Shown piece by piece: positions 37,999 to 47,165 of a DNA stretch of 64,000 nt. The notes beneath the pieces were generated by a model. That model had not been told where the DNA came from. It searched no databases and worked only from the letters and a program-made list of their open reading frames with translations. The first letter of the stretch is position 1; each line of letters opens with the position of its first letter. Source of the DNA: Clostridia bacterium. Its GTDB lineage: Bacteria > Bacillota > Clostridia > Oscillospirales > CAG-272. A program made the position numbers and the translations under genes. Location: NCBI GenBank assembly GCA_017482355.1, contig JAFUNJ010000001.1, forward strand, positions 2,888-66,887, in the 5' to 3' direction.

Positions 37999-38796
37999 AT
38001 GACCGACAATAACGAAAAGCTGTATCTATCGGTTTGGGGTATTCATTATCCCATTGAGAATGAAAACTTCCGATGGGGGCCCGGTGTCAGAGACATTTAT
38101 ATCATTCATTATGTCCGAGAGGGAAAGGGCTACTTTGAGTGCGGCGGCAAAAAATATACGCTTACAAGGGGGCAAAGCTTTCTTGTAATTCCCGGTCAGC
38201 TTGTGAATTATTATCCTGACGAAAACGAGCCGTGGAAGTACGCTTGGGTGGATTTTTCGGGAATTGAGGCAAAAAAGCTGCTCTTGTACTGCTCGCTCTC
38301 CGCTGACGCTCCCGTAGCGGAAAGAGAGATCCCCGAGCTAGACGCGCTTTTCAAGACCGCGTCGGAACAGTTTGGCAACGTAACACCTGCCGACGTGTGC
38401 AGAAACGTCGGATTTGCGCGGCTGATACTTTCCACGTATATCAAGCATTATCCTGCGGTAAGCGGGAAAACGGTGGGCGAGCTGCTCATAACTCGCGCGG
38501 CTGAATATATCGAAAACAATTACCGCCGCCCCGAGCTTAATATTGATATGATTGCGGAACAGCTTTCGGTCAACCGCGTGACTCTGCACAGAAAGTTTAC
38601 CGAGGAGCTTAATATTTCACCCGGAAATTACATCATAAGATTGAGAATAAAAAAGGCGTGCGGGCTTTTGACGGAAAGTAATTATTCGGTCAAGGCGATC
38701 GCCTATTCGACGGGCTTTTCCGACCAGCTTTATTTTTCTAAGGTGTTCAAAAAGCTTATGGGAATGACGCCGACGCAGTACCGCAAAAATAAATAA
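37999..38796 (+). CDS. AraC family regulator (MsmR-like)
   Basis: WGPGVRDIYIIHYV; GFSDQLYFSKVFKK; divergent from the alpha-galactosidase. Confidence 0.9.
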   Translation: MTDNNEKLYLSVWGIHYPIENENFRWGPGVRDIYIIHYVREGKGYFECGGKKYTLTRGQSFLVIPGQLVNYYPDENEPWKYAWVDFSGIEAKKLLLYCSLSADAPVAEREIPELDALFKTASEQFGNVTPADVCRNVGFARLILSTYIKHYPAVSGKTVGELLITRAAEYIENNYRRPELNIDMIAEQLSVNRVTLHRKFTEELNISPGNYIIRLRIKKACGLLTESNYSVKAIAYSTGFSDQLYFSKVFKKLMGMTPTQYRKNK

Positions 38797-38825
38797 AGCC
38801 CGTCATCGACGGGCTTTTTATCTGA

Positions 38826-39488
38826 TTACTTAACCGCATTGACAAACTGCTTTGCAAGCTCTGTAAGAGCTGCATAGTCACCGTTTGCGATGAGCTTTTT
38901 GTTATAGAGATTTGAGCCGACACCGACACCGAGGAAGCCCATCTTCATAAAGTCGCCTGCATTCTCGGCGCTTACTCCGCCGACGGCGAGAAGCTTCGCG
39001 TCGGAGATCGGCGCACTTACCGCCTTTACGTAGCCGCCTCTTACCTGATCGGCAGGGAAGAGCTTTACGTAGTCTGCGCCGTTATTGAGCGCCGACACGA
39101 TCTCGGTCGGAGTGAAGGCGGCGGGGATAGATACCGCGCCGATCTCTCTTGAACGCTTGATTATTTCGGGATCGCAGTTCGGGGAAATGATGAAGGTTGC
39201 GCCTGCGTTTACGGCGAGGTCGACCTCGTTAAGATGCGTGACCGTTCCTGCGCCGATACACATTCTGCCTTCAAAATGCTTAACGAGATCGGAGATCATC
39301 GAGCATATTTCTTCGCGGCTCACCTTGCCCGAACGGTCAAAGGTGACCTCGATAAGCCGTATTCCGCCCTCGTAAAGCGCTTGGGCGGCAGGAATCAGCG
39401 TTTCCCTGTCGGGCAGACGAACGATGGAAATTACCTTGTTTTCAGCGACGGCTTCAATGACCTTATTTCTCACATTTTCACTTATCAT
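38826..39488 (-). CDS. 2-dehydro-3-deoxy-6-phosphogalactonate / KDPG aldolase
   Basis: IEVTF, GAGTV, ISPN, TPTEI, VKLFPA, VGGV. Confidence 0.85.
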   Translation of the reverse strand: MISENVRNKVIEAVAENKVISIVRLPDRETLIPAAQALYEGGIRLIEVTFDRSGKVSREEICSMISDLVKHFEGRMCIGAGTVTHLNEVDLAVNAGATFIISPNCDPEIIKRSREIGAVSIPAAFTPTEIVSALNNGADYVKLFPADQVRGGYVKAVSAPISDAKLLAVGGVSAENAGDFMKMGFLGVGVGSNLYNKKLIANGDYAALTELAKQFVNAVK

Positions 39489-39489
39489 T

Positions 39490-40638
39490 TTACCACTCCG
39501 CAACAGATCCGTCAGCGTGATGCCATACGGGATTTTTCCAGTTATGAGGATTCTTGTTTTCCTCGATGACAAGCTCCTTGTTAACGTCAACACCAAGCCC
39601 CGGAAGCTTCGGAAGGTCTACCCAGCCGTCCACGAACTTGAAGTCGTCCTTGTTGTGAACGTAATCAAGCACGCTCTTGCCGACGTTGTAGTGGATTCCG
39701 ATGCTCTGCTCCTGAATGACTGCGTTGTAGCAGGTGGCGTCTACAGAGAGGCACGCCGAAAGCGCGATAGGTCCGAGAGGGCAGTGAGGCGCGAGAGCAA
39801 CGTCGTACGCCTCCGCCATGGAAGCGATCTTCTTGACCTCGGTGATTCCGCCCGCGTGGGAAAGGTCGGGCTGGATAATGTCAACACCGCCTGCGGTGAG
39901 CAGACGCTTGAAATCATAACGCGAGAAAAGACGCTCGCCCGTTGCTATCGGAATAGAACAGCAAGCGGCAATTTCCTTAAATTCGTCCATGTACTCGCAA
40001 AGGACGGGCTCTTCGATGAACATAGGATCAAATTCCTCAAGCTTCTTTGCAAGCACCTTTGCCATCGGCTTGTGAACACGTCCGTGGAAGTCGATAGCGA
40101 TTCCGAAATACTTGCCGCAGCTTTCGCGTATTGCTGAAACGCGCTCAAGAACTGCGTCGATCTTATCGTATGTGTCTATCATCTGAAGCTCGTCGGTGGC
40201 GTTCATCTTGATCGCCTGAAAGCCCTCGTTCTTCTTTTCGAGCGCGGCACGTCCTACATCGGACGGACGGTCGCCGCCGATCCAGGAATAGACCTTCATT
40301 CTTTCGCGGCACTTGCCGCCCATAAGCTCGTAGGCGGGCGCGTTAAAATACTTGCCCTTGATGTCCCAAAGCGCCTGATCTATGCCTGAAAGCGCGCTCA
40401 TAAGAACTCCGCCGCCGCGGTAGAAGCCGGCGCGGTAAATGGTAGACCAGATGCCTTCAATATTTGACGGATCATGACCGATGAGGTAATCCTTGTATTC
40501 CTCAACACAGGCAAGAACCGATGCCGCGTGTCCTTCAAGGACTGCCTCGCCCCAGCCGACGAGACCATTGTCGGTCTCGATCTCAACGAAGCCCCAGCGC
40601 GGACGTACAAAGTAGGTCGATACTCTCGTAATTTTCAT
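39490..40638 (-). CDS. dgoD: galactonate dehydratase
   Basis: PRW, FYRGGG, YSWIGGDRP, IDFHGRVHK, HCPLGP, QEQSIGIHYN, DGSVAEW. Confidence 0.93.
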   Translation of the reverse strand: MKITRVSTYFVRPRWGFVEIETDNGLVGWGEAVLEGHAASVLACVEEYKDYLIGHDPSNIEGIWSTIYRAGFYRGGGVLMSALSGIDQALWDIKGKYFNAPAYELMGGKCRERMKVYSWIGGDRPSDVGRAALEKKNEGFQAIKMNATDELQMIDTYDKIDAVLERVSAIRESCGKYFGIAIDFHGRVHKPMAKVLAKKLEEFDPMFIEEPVLCEYMDEFKEIAACCSIPIATGERLFSRYDFKRLLTAGGVDIIQPDLSHAGGITEVKKIASMAEAYDVALAPHCPLGPIALSACLSVDATCYNAVIQEQSIGIHYNVGKSVLDYVHNKDDFKFVDGWVDLPKLPGLGVDVNKELVIEENKNPHNWKNPVWHHADGSVAEW

Positions 40639-40757
40639 AATATTATGCCAACCTTTCGAAATTTCGTATTGACAAACTGTTTTTCTATATTATAATCATA
40701 GCATAGAGAAATGGCAATTTCGCGCCAAAAATTCACAATTTAAGGACATTTTTTAAT

Positions 40758-41546
40758 ATGAATGAAATAAAGACCGCCACGCTCTCCATTGAACGCGAAT
40801 TGAAGGACGAGCTTCGTGTAGTTGAATACAACGTCGGCAACGGCGATTTCCATTTTCATTCGCAGGTCGAGATCTGCATCGTTGAGGACGGAAGCGTCGA
40901 GGCGCTTGTGAATAACAGTCAGACGACACTTGAAAAGGGAGACATAGCTGTGTCGCTTCCTTACGATCCGCACAGGTATATTGCGAAGGACGGCGTGCGT
41001 TATTCGGTACTGGTGATACCGAGTGAGATGGGTGAAAGGTTCTGCTCCGATATGAGGAGCTTGGGGAGTCCGTTTTTGAAGCAGTCGGAAAGCAATTCGG
41101 AGATCTTCTCCTATCTTTTTTCTCTTAAAAAATCGGATAGCGGAGAGCTTGACAAGCTGGGATATGTCTATCTTATCCTCGGCGCGATCAAAAAAGAGCT
41201 TCTTTCCGAGCCAAAGGAAAACGGCTCCGACAATGAGCTTTTGTCGGGTTTGCTTTTGTATATACATAAGAATTATGGCAAGAATCTGACGCTGTCGTCG
41301 ATAGCAAAGGCGTTCGGTTATCATCCTGCGTATATTTCGAGCTATTTCAAGGCGCGGCTCGATATTGGAATTTCACGTTACATAAGCGTCATTCGCCTGA
41401 ACAATGCCGTTCAGCTTATGAGAAAAAAGAAGTACAGTGTGACCGAGATCGCGCTCGAATGCGGCTTCAATTCTGCGCGAACCTTTTACCGTGCGTTCCG
41501 CCAGGAATTCGGCTGTTCGCCGGGGGATTATACTGCGAATTTGTGA
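40758..41546 (+). CDS. AraC family regulator
   Basis: HFHSQVE cupin motif; ECGFNSARTFYRAF. Confidence 0.9.
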   Translation: MNEIKTATLSIERELKDELRVVEYNVGNGDFHFHSQVEICIVEDGSVEALVNNSQTTLEKGDIAVSLPYDPHRYIAKDGVRYSVLVIPSEMGERFCSDMRSLGSPFLKQSESNSEIFSYLFSLKKSDSGELDKLGYVYLILGAIKKELLSEPKENGSDNELLSGLLLYIHKNYGKNLTLSSIAKAFGYHPAYISSYFKARLDIGISRYISVIRLNNAVQLMRKKKYSVTEIALECGFNSARTFYRAFRQEFGCSPGDYTANL

Positions 41547-41556
41547 GAGTTTTTTT

Positions 41557-41678
41557 CTTGCCTTCCCCAGTGGGGGAAGGCAAGAGGTAAACCTCGGATG
41601 AGGTGTCTAAAAAGTGAACTTACTCCTCATCCACCACAGGCGTTCCGCCTGCGGTTCCCCTTCTCCCTCAGGAGAAGG
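41557..41678. repeat. CCTTC..GAAGG REP-like doublet
   Basis: Hairpins at 41557-41584 and 41659-41678 flank an internal GGATGAGG/CCTCATCC inverted repeat. Confidence 0.6.
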
Positions 41679-41764
41679 TAAATCAACGCGGCGAATCTCC
41701 ACTACTGTAATTATATACGTGCATCAAAAACCGCCTTGAAGCGTTTGCTTCAAGGCGGTCAATT

Positions 41765-42721
41765 TTATTTCTCTTCGTAAATTTTCATTGCATTTTTTAT
41801 GCTGTTTATCGCGGTCTTGTGGATGTGCATCCAATCCTTGTCGATGCGCTCCCAGGTCGTCTGCATCATGCCGAGCCAATGCGTCGGGTCGATGCGCTCA
41901 GCGCAGTATCCGACAAGCTCCTCGAGGTTGTCGGGTTCTGCCCAAACGCTTGCTGTCGGAACCTGATCGTAGCCGAGCTTGGAAAGACGCTCGAAGCCTG
42001 CGAGCATCGTTTGAAGCTCCTTAGAATTTTTGATCTCCTCACCAAAGCATTTCCAATAGTACCAGCCGCACATTACGACCGATTTCGGCATTTTTTCGAT
42101 GCACTCCTCGGGGTGCGACCAGAAGTAATCTGCCCATATCCAGGGGCGCGCGCCGACGCGCTCAACGCACTCTACGAGATAGTAAAAATCGTGCCACCAA
42201 AGCTCGTGCTGACGAACGATCGCGATCATCTGATTGCGCTGATTTCCCATCGTTTCCTCGTCCATTCCGAGATGGAAGTGGTTTGGCTTGAACACCTCTG
42301 CGACCTCCTCGATGACATCGCGGCAGACCTGATAGTAGATCGGCGTTGAGATCATACGCGAATAATCTTTAAGCCATATATCGTGCGCGGTGGAGAAATT
42401 CAGCTTCGGAATGACCTCAAAGCCCATGTCCTTGAGGCGCTGAACCTCTGCCGACATTTCCTCGTGTGTAAGTGCGCCCTCGGCGGAGATTTCGGGGTGA
42501 GATTTATAGAGCAGCGACTCTGCGACGTCGATGATGAGGGTATTGACGCCGATCTTTCGGAGTTCTTTTGTATGTGAATGCCAAAGCTCGCGGTCGAAGC
42601 GAAGGACGTTTGACGCGCAAGGTGTTGAGCGGTGAGTTCTGCCGCGCGTATTGCCTTCCTCGTTCCACATATTGCTACCGAGGTGAAGTAGGTGCGCCCA
42701 GATGAATTTGTCGTTTTGCAT
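41765..42721 (-). CDS. GH20-like TIM-barrel hypothetical protein
   Basis: FHLGMDEE and WIWAD resemble the GH20 catalytic region. Confidence 0.55.
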   Translation of the reverse strand: MQNDKFIWAHLLHLGSNMWNEEGNTRGRTHRSTPCASNVLRFDRELWHSHTKELRKIGVNTLIIDVAESLLYKSHPEISAEGALTHEEMSAEVQRLKDMGFEVIPKLNFSTAHDIWLKDYSRMISTPIYYQVCRDVIEEVAEVFKPNHFHLGMDEETMGNQRNQMIAIVRQHELWWHDFYYLVECVERVGARPWIWADYFWSHPEECIEKMPKSVVMCGWYYWKCFGEEIKNSKELQTMLAGFERLSKLGYDQVPTASVWAEPDNLEELVGYCAERIDPTHWLGMMQTTWERIDKDWMHIHKTAINSIKNAMKIYEEK

Positions 42722-43132
42722 TGTGATTCTCCTTGTGTTTTATGGGGATATTATAGCATAAAGGAGATATTGTGTCAATTTTTTCGCATTTCTTTGTCCG
42801 AACAAAGAAACGCTCGCAAAGAAAATCGCCAAGGGGCAAACCGATGAAAATTTGCCTTCGCAAATTTTCAAACGTTTTCCCCTTTGGAAACCCCTTTCGA
42901 CCGCCCGCGTCATCCTGAGCGTAGCCAAAGAATCTCGGGCGTGATTTGCGCTTAAACGCTTCGCCACGTTTTTTGTAGGGACCGGCGTCCTCGACTGTCC
43001 GTTGCTCCCGCGCTCACTCTATCAAAGACAACAAATTTACCTCAAATTTCATAAAATAGGATAAATTATAGGTTGACAATATCCTAAAAAATGAGTATAA
43101 TAATATTACAACCACAAGAAAGGGGCTTGAAA

Positions 43133-43375
43133 ATGAATATAAATACGAACAAAATCGTTTCGATAACCGAAGCAAATCAGAATTTTTCCAGAGTCGCAAA
43201 GCTTACGGAAAAGCACGGCGAGCTTTATATTTTCAAGAACAATAAACCGAAATACAAATTGGTCGATATAGAAAATGACACGAGCATTGAAATGACTGAC
43301 GACGAGAAGATAGATTTTATCGCCGCGCGCATATTGAAGCTTTACCGTCCTGCATTTGAGGAGCTTGCAAAATGA
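43133..43375 (+). CDS. Phd/YefM family antitoxin
   Basis: IVSITEANQNFSRV...IFKNNKPKY; upstream TTGACA-17-TATAAT at 43073-43101 with a TAGGATA/TATCCTA inverted repeat. Confidence 0.88.
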   Translation: MNINTNKIVSITEANQNFSRVAKLTEKHGELYIFKNNKPKYKLVDIENDTSIEMTDDEKIDFIAARILKLYRPAFEELAK

Positions 43376-43746
43376 TAAAATTTAGCGATGAAAAGGTTCT
43401 CCTTCTTCACAAGCTGATAACGGAAGAAACCGGCGGAGATCCGAACGTGCGTGATATTGCGCTTCTTAACAGTGCGCTCGAATCGGCTTTTGCTACCTTT
43501 GACGGACAGGAGCTTTATCCGACGAAGCAGGAAAAGGGTGCGCGCCTTGGATACGCGCTTATATCAAATCACGCGTTTGTCGACGGAAACAAGAGAATCG
43601 GAATGTACGTGCTTTTGACGTTTCTCGAAACAAACGGCATTAAGATCCGTCCGACAAACGAAGAAGTCGCCCGCGTCGGTCTCGCCGTCGCGGCAGGGGA
43701 GATGAAATATCAAGAGCTTCTTGATTGGATAATCGAACATCAATGA
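43372..43746 (+). CDS. Doc (Fic-fold) toxin
   Basis: HAFVDGNKRIG motif; ATGA overlap with the antitoxin. Confidence 0.92.
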   Translation: MIKFSDEKVLLLHKLITEETGGDPNVRDIALLNSALESAFATFDGQELYPTKQEKGARLGYALISNHAFVDGNKRIGMYVLLTFLETNGIKIRPTNEEVARVGLAVAAGEMKYQELLDWIIEHQ

Positions 43747-43789
43747 AAAAACCTGCAAGCCGCTTGGCTTGCAGATTTTTGCTTTGTGT

Positions 43790-45430
43790 TCAGTATCTTG
43801 AAAAACCGAGGTCAGATGCGGATACTGCTCCGATAAAATCATCTTTGATATTGTATAGAATATTATCAACCATAGATGAAGCTAATTCTCTTGCGGAAGC
43901 TCTGTTGTCAGAGTTATCAATGTTATTGTAGTTGTATCCCAGCAACGTATTGTCATCGTACGTGGCGGCGGTTATAACTCCACGTATGTGTTCATCATAT
44001 TTGTTATAGTATACCCAATCGTAATATCCGTCTATTATGTCAAAGATAATTCCTACTTCACAGTAATACTCATTTTCATCGAAAATGAACATATACAGCT
44101 GAACCTCGTCGTCTGTAACGTCATAGTAAGCCACTCTTACGTATTCGACGCTATTGTCATCGCTGAAGAAGGAACCTAACTCTACTGAATACTCGTTATC
44201 TTCACTGTTATATGATCCATACTCGACGATCAGATCCTTCATTGTCGATAATGGATTACATTCCTTGTCGTAGAACTCGCTCATTGTCAGCTTTGTTCCG
44301 AACACAAGATTATTGACTTCCGTTGTTCTTACAGCAAAATTCAAGTTTTGAGAATCACGCAGCGTCCACGTGTTTATTCCGATTACTTCTCCGTAAGAGT
44401 TAATAAGCGGACCGCCGGAGTTTCCGCTGGAAATTGCAGCGTCGTGCTGGACGCACGCAACGCCTTCGACGTCTCTGTCGGCGTATGTAATGATTCCGCG
44501 GGAGAAGGTGGCGGTCAATCCTTGCGAGCTGCCGAAGGCGTAAACCGTACCGCCTACCTCATGTGTGGATTTGCATAGATTTAACGGCGTTAAACCCGAG
44601 GCGTTTATTTTGATGACGGCAAGATCGAGGTCTTTGTCGTATGCCAGAACGTGTTGAACTGTATACTTTTTGCCGTTGATTGTTATTTTTGCGGAATATG
44701 CGCCTTCAATTACGTGATAGTTGGTCAGAATTTTTCCGTCTGTGCTGTATACGAATCCCGTACCGAGAGAAAGCTCGTTTCCGCTTTTGTCGTAAGTCAG
44801 AATTTCGCCGATAGAATTTTTGGACTTTTCATATACTTCGTTGGCAGTTAATTCTTTTAAGGAAAAGCTTTCCGTGTATTTTGAAGAGCAAGACGAGCAC
44901 TTGAACGTTATAACACCCGATTTCGAGCACGTTGCGACAGAGGTTATAGTAGATGAATACGAATGTCCCTTTGCTTTTCCTTCAGTTTCGTTACAGGTTG
45001 AGCAGGTTTTGGCAGACGTACAGGTCGCGTTCTTCCACGTGTGTCCAAGAGCTGTACCCTCGGTCGCAGCGCATACGGAGCAGGTCTTTGGCTCTGTGCA
45101 GCTCGCATTCACCCAAGTATGACCTTCGGCGGAACCTTCGGAGTAGTTACAGACGAGGCACGTTTTGGGCTCGGTACAGCTGGCGTTATCCCATCTGTGT
45201 CCGAGAGGTTCGCCTTCCGATTTGTTGCATACGGAACAAGTCTTTTGGCTCGTACACGTAGCGTCAACCCACTTATGCCCCATCGGTTCACCTTTGCGCA
45301 GATCGCATCCATCGCAGGCCGAGGCGTACTCGCAATCTGCGGGCAACCAATGATGCTCATGTTCTTTTTCGCAAGAAAGCATAAAAAGGAAGAATAAGAC
45401 ACATAGTACTAATATAAGAGCTTTCTTCAT
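43790..45430 (-). CDS. S1 (trypsin-like) serine protease lipoprotein with Cys/His-repeat stalk
   Basis: Lipobox MLSC; tandem HxWxxA[ST]CTxxKTCxxC repeats; triad TNYHV, DLAV, GNSGGP. Confidence 0.85.
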   Translation of the reverse strand: MKKALILVLCVLFFLFMLSCEKEHEHHWLPADCEYASACDGCDLRKGEPMGHKWVDATCTSQKTCSVCNKSEGEPLGHRWDNASCTEPKTCLVCNYSEGSAEGHTWVNASCTEPKTCSVCAATEGTALGHTWKNATCTSAKTCSTCNETEGKAKGHSYSSTITSVATCSKSGVITFKCSSCSSKYTESFSLKELTANEVYEKSKNSIGEILTYDKSGNELSLGTGFVYSTDGKILTNYHVIEGAYSAKITINGKKYTVQHVLAYDKDLDLAVIKINASGLTPLNLCKSTHEVGGTVYAFGSSQGLTATFSRGIITYADRDVEGVACVQHDAAISSGNSGGPLINSYGEVIGINTWTLRDSQNLNFAVRTTEVNNLVFGTKLTMSEFYDKECNPLSTMKDLIVEYGSYNSEDNEYSVELGSFFSDDNSVEYVRVAYYDVTDDEVQLYMFIFDENEYYCEVGIIFDIIDGYYDWVYYNKYDEHIRGVITAATYDDNTLLGYNYNNIDNSDNRASARELASSMVDNILYNIKDDFIGAVSASDLGFSRY

Positions 45431-45585
45431 TTTTGATTTTCCTTTCGATTAAAAAGTATGATTGTCAATAAGAAACACTTTTTTGCGACGCAAAAACCGA
45501 TAATTCTTATCTTTAACACAATTATATACTCAAAAAATGTTAAAGTCAAGATAAATTCTGAACTTTAGCGAATTTTGAGGGTATT

Positions 45586-45828
45586 ATGAAGATTTACGAT
45601 TATAACGGTAAAAAGAATATTTGTGGCGACAGGGTACACGAAGCGAGGTGCAAGCACCGTCTGACGCAGAGCGATCTTGCGGCGCAGTTACAGGTCGCCG
45701 GGATAATTATTGAGCGCGACAGCATTTCGAGAATTGAGATCGGAACTCGTTTTGTCGCGGATTACGAATTACGCGAGCTTGCGCGTATCTTGAAGGTTTC
45801 CGTGAACTGGCTTTTGGGACTTGAATGA
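45586..45828 (+). CDS. XRE family HTH regulator
   Basis: LTQSDLAAQLQV...ISRIEIGTRFV; divergent from the protease. Confidence 0.85.
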   Translation: MKIYDYNGKKNICGDRVHEARCKHRLTQSDLAAQLQVAGIIIERDSISRIEIGTRFVADYELRELARILKVSVNWLLGLE

Positions 45829-45868
45829 TTAAAAGGCAATACCGCCGAGGCGGTATTGCCTTTTACTT

Positions 45869-46912
45869 TTATTTTGCCGCGTTCAGCATATTTTCGATAA
45901 ACACTCCGTAGCCACGGGTGGGATCGGAAATGAGAACGTGAGTGACGGCGCCGACGAGCTTACCGTCCTGCACGATGGGAGATCCCGACATTCCCTGGAC
46001 TATTCCGCCGCTTCGCTCTATAAGCACAGGATCGGTGACTGTGATCACGAAGCTTTTGTTATCGGTGCTTCCCCTGTCGATCTTTGAGATCTCGACCTCG
46101 TACTGCTTTACGCCGTCGTCACCGAGTGTTGAATAGACCGTTGCTTTGCCTTCCTTTACGTCGTTACGGGTGCCGACGGGAATCGCTTCGCCGAGCGATG
46201 GTAGGGATGAAAAATATCCGAAAACGCCGCAGACGGTATTGCTCTTCACGTTACCTGTCCGCTCCGAGAGAAAATAGCCCTTTATTTCTCCGGGTCTTCC
46301 GCTTTTTCCTTTAATGACTCCGCCAATCTCGACGCTCATCGACGAGCCGCTTCGAAGCGGCATCAAAACTCCCGTTTCGGGGTCGCATATACCGTGTCCG
46401 AGACCTCCGAAGTTACCCGTCTCGGGGTCGACGTAGGTGACGGTGCCGATGCCCGCCATGCTGTCCTTTAATTTAAGCCCTGCGCGGTAAATGCCCGTTA
46501 CGTCCTCCTTGACGGGAATGACCTTGACGGTTATTTCGCTTTCGCCGCGCTTGACGGTGATGTCGGCACCGCCTTCGCTTTTTCCGATAAGAAGTGAGAT
46601 CGATTCTGCGGTATTGACCTCGGTCCCGTTTACCTTCGTTATTATATCCTTGACTTTTATGCCCGCGTCAAGGGCGGGTGTCAGCTTTCTTCCGTCCGAT
46701 ATTACGCTCGGCGTGTCGAGAACGAGCACGCCGGCTGTACCGAAACGGACGCCGAAGGCGAAGCCCCCGACGCATAAACGCTTTTCCGCCATATCGGTTT
46801 TTTCTTCCGCTGAAACCGATATCAGGCAGAATGAGAGTAGTATTGAGCAGACAGTCAGTGCCGTGACAATTACGCGCACGCGTCTGCTTTTGTACGCTTT
46901 GTTTGCTGCCAT
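45869..46912 (-). CDS. spoIVB: SpoIVB peptidase (S55)
   Basis: PDZ domain, GIGTVTY, LGHGI, GGIVQGMSGSPIVQDGKLVGAVTHV. Confidence 0.92.
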   Translation of the reverse strand: MAANKAYKSRRVRVIVTALTVCSILLSFCLISVSAEEKTDMAEKRLCVGGFAFGVRFGTAGVLVLDTPSVISDGRKLTPALDAGIKVKDIITKVNGTEVNTAESISLLIGKSEGGADITVKRGESEITVKVIPVKEDVTGIYRAGLKLKDSMAGIGTVTYVDPETGNFGGLGHGICDPETGVLMPLRSGSSMSVEIGGVIKGKSGRPGEIKGYFLSERTGNVKSNTVCGVFGYFSSLPSLGEAIPVGTRNDVKEGKATVYSTLGDDGVKQYEVEISKIDRGSTDNKSFVITVTDPVLIERSGGIVQGMSGSPIVQDGKLVGAVTHVLISDPTRGYGVFIENMLNAAK

Positions 46913-47165
46913 TTTCCGCTCTGCCGTTCCTTTTTTATTTCAAGCCGCTTTTTTGCGGCTGTCTTTATTGTGGCTTATGAGCGATTTTTTATAACAAGCA
47001 ATTTTTTCTCGTTTTGATAAATAAAATTTGTTGCATAAAGCATAATTATGTCAAAAAAGCACTTGATTAGTATTTTGATGTATGGTATAATAGGTAATAA
47101 GTGTGACTATATAAGTCAAGAACGGTGTGGGAAGGAGAGTTCGCTTATTGCGGACGAAAATTGAA

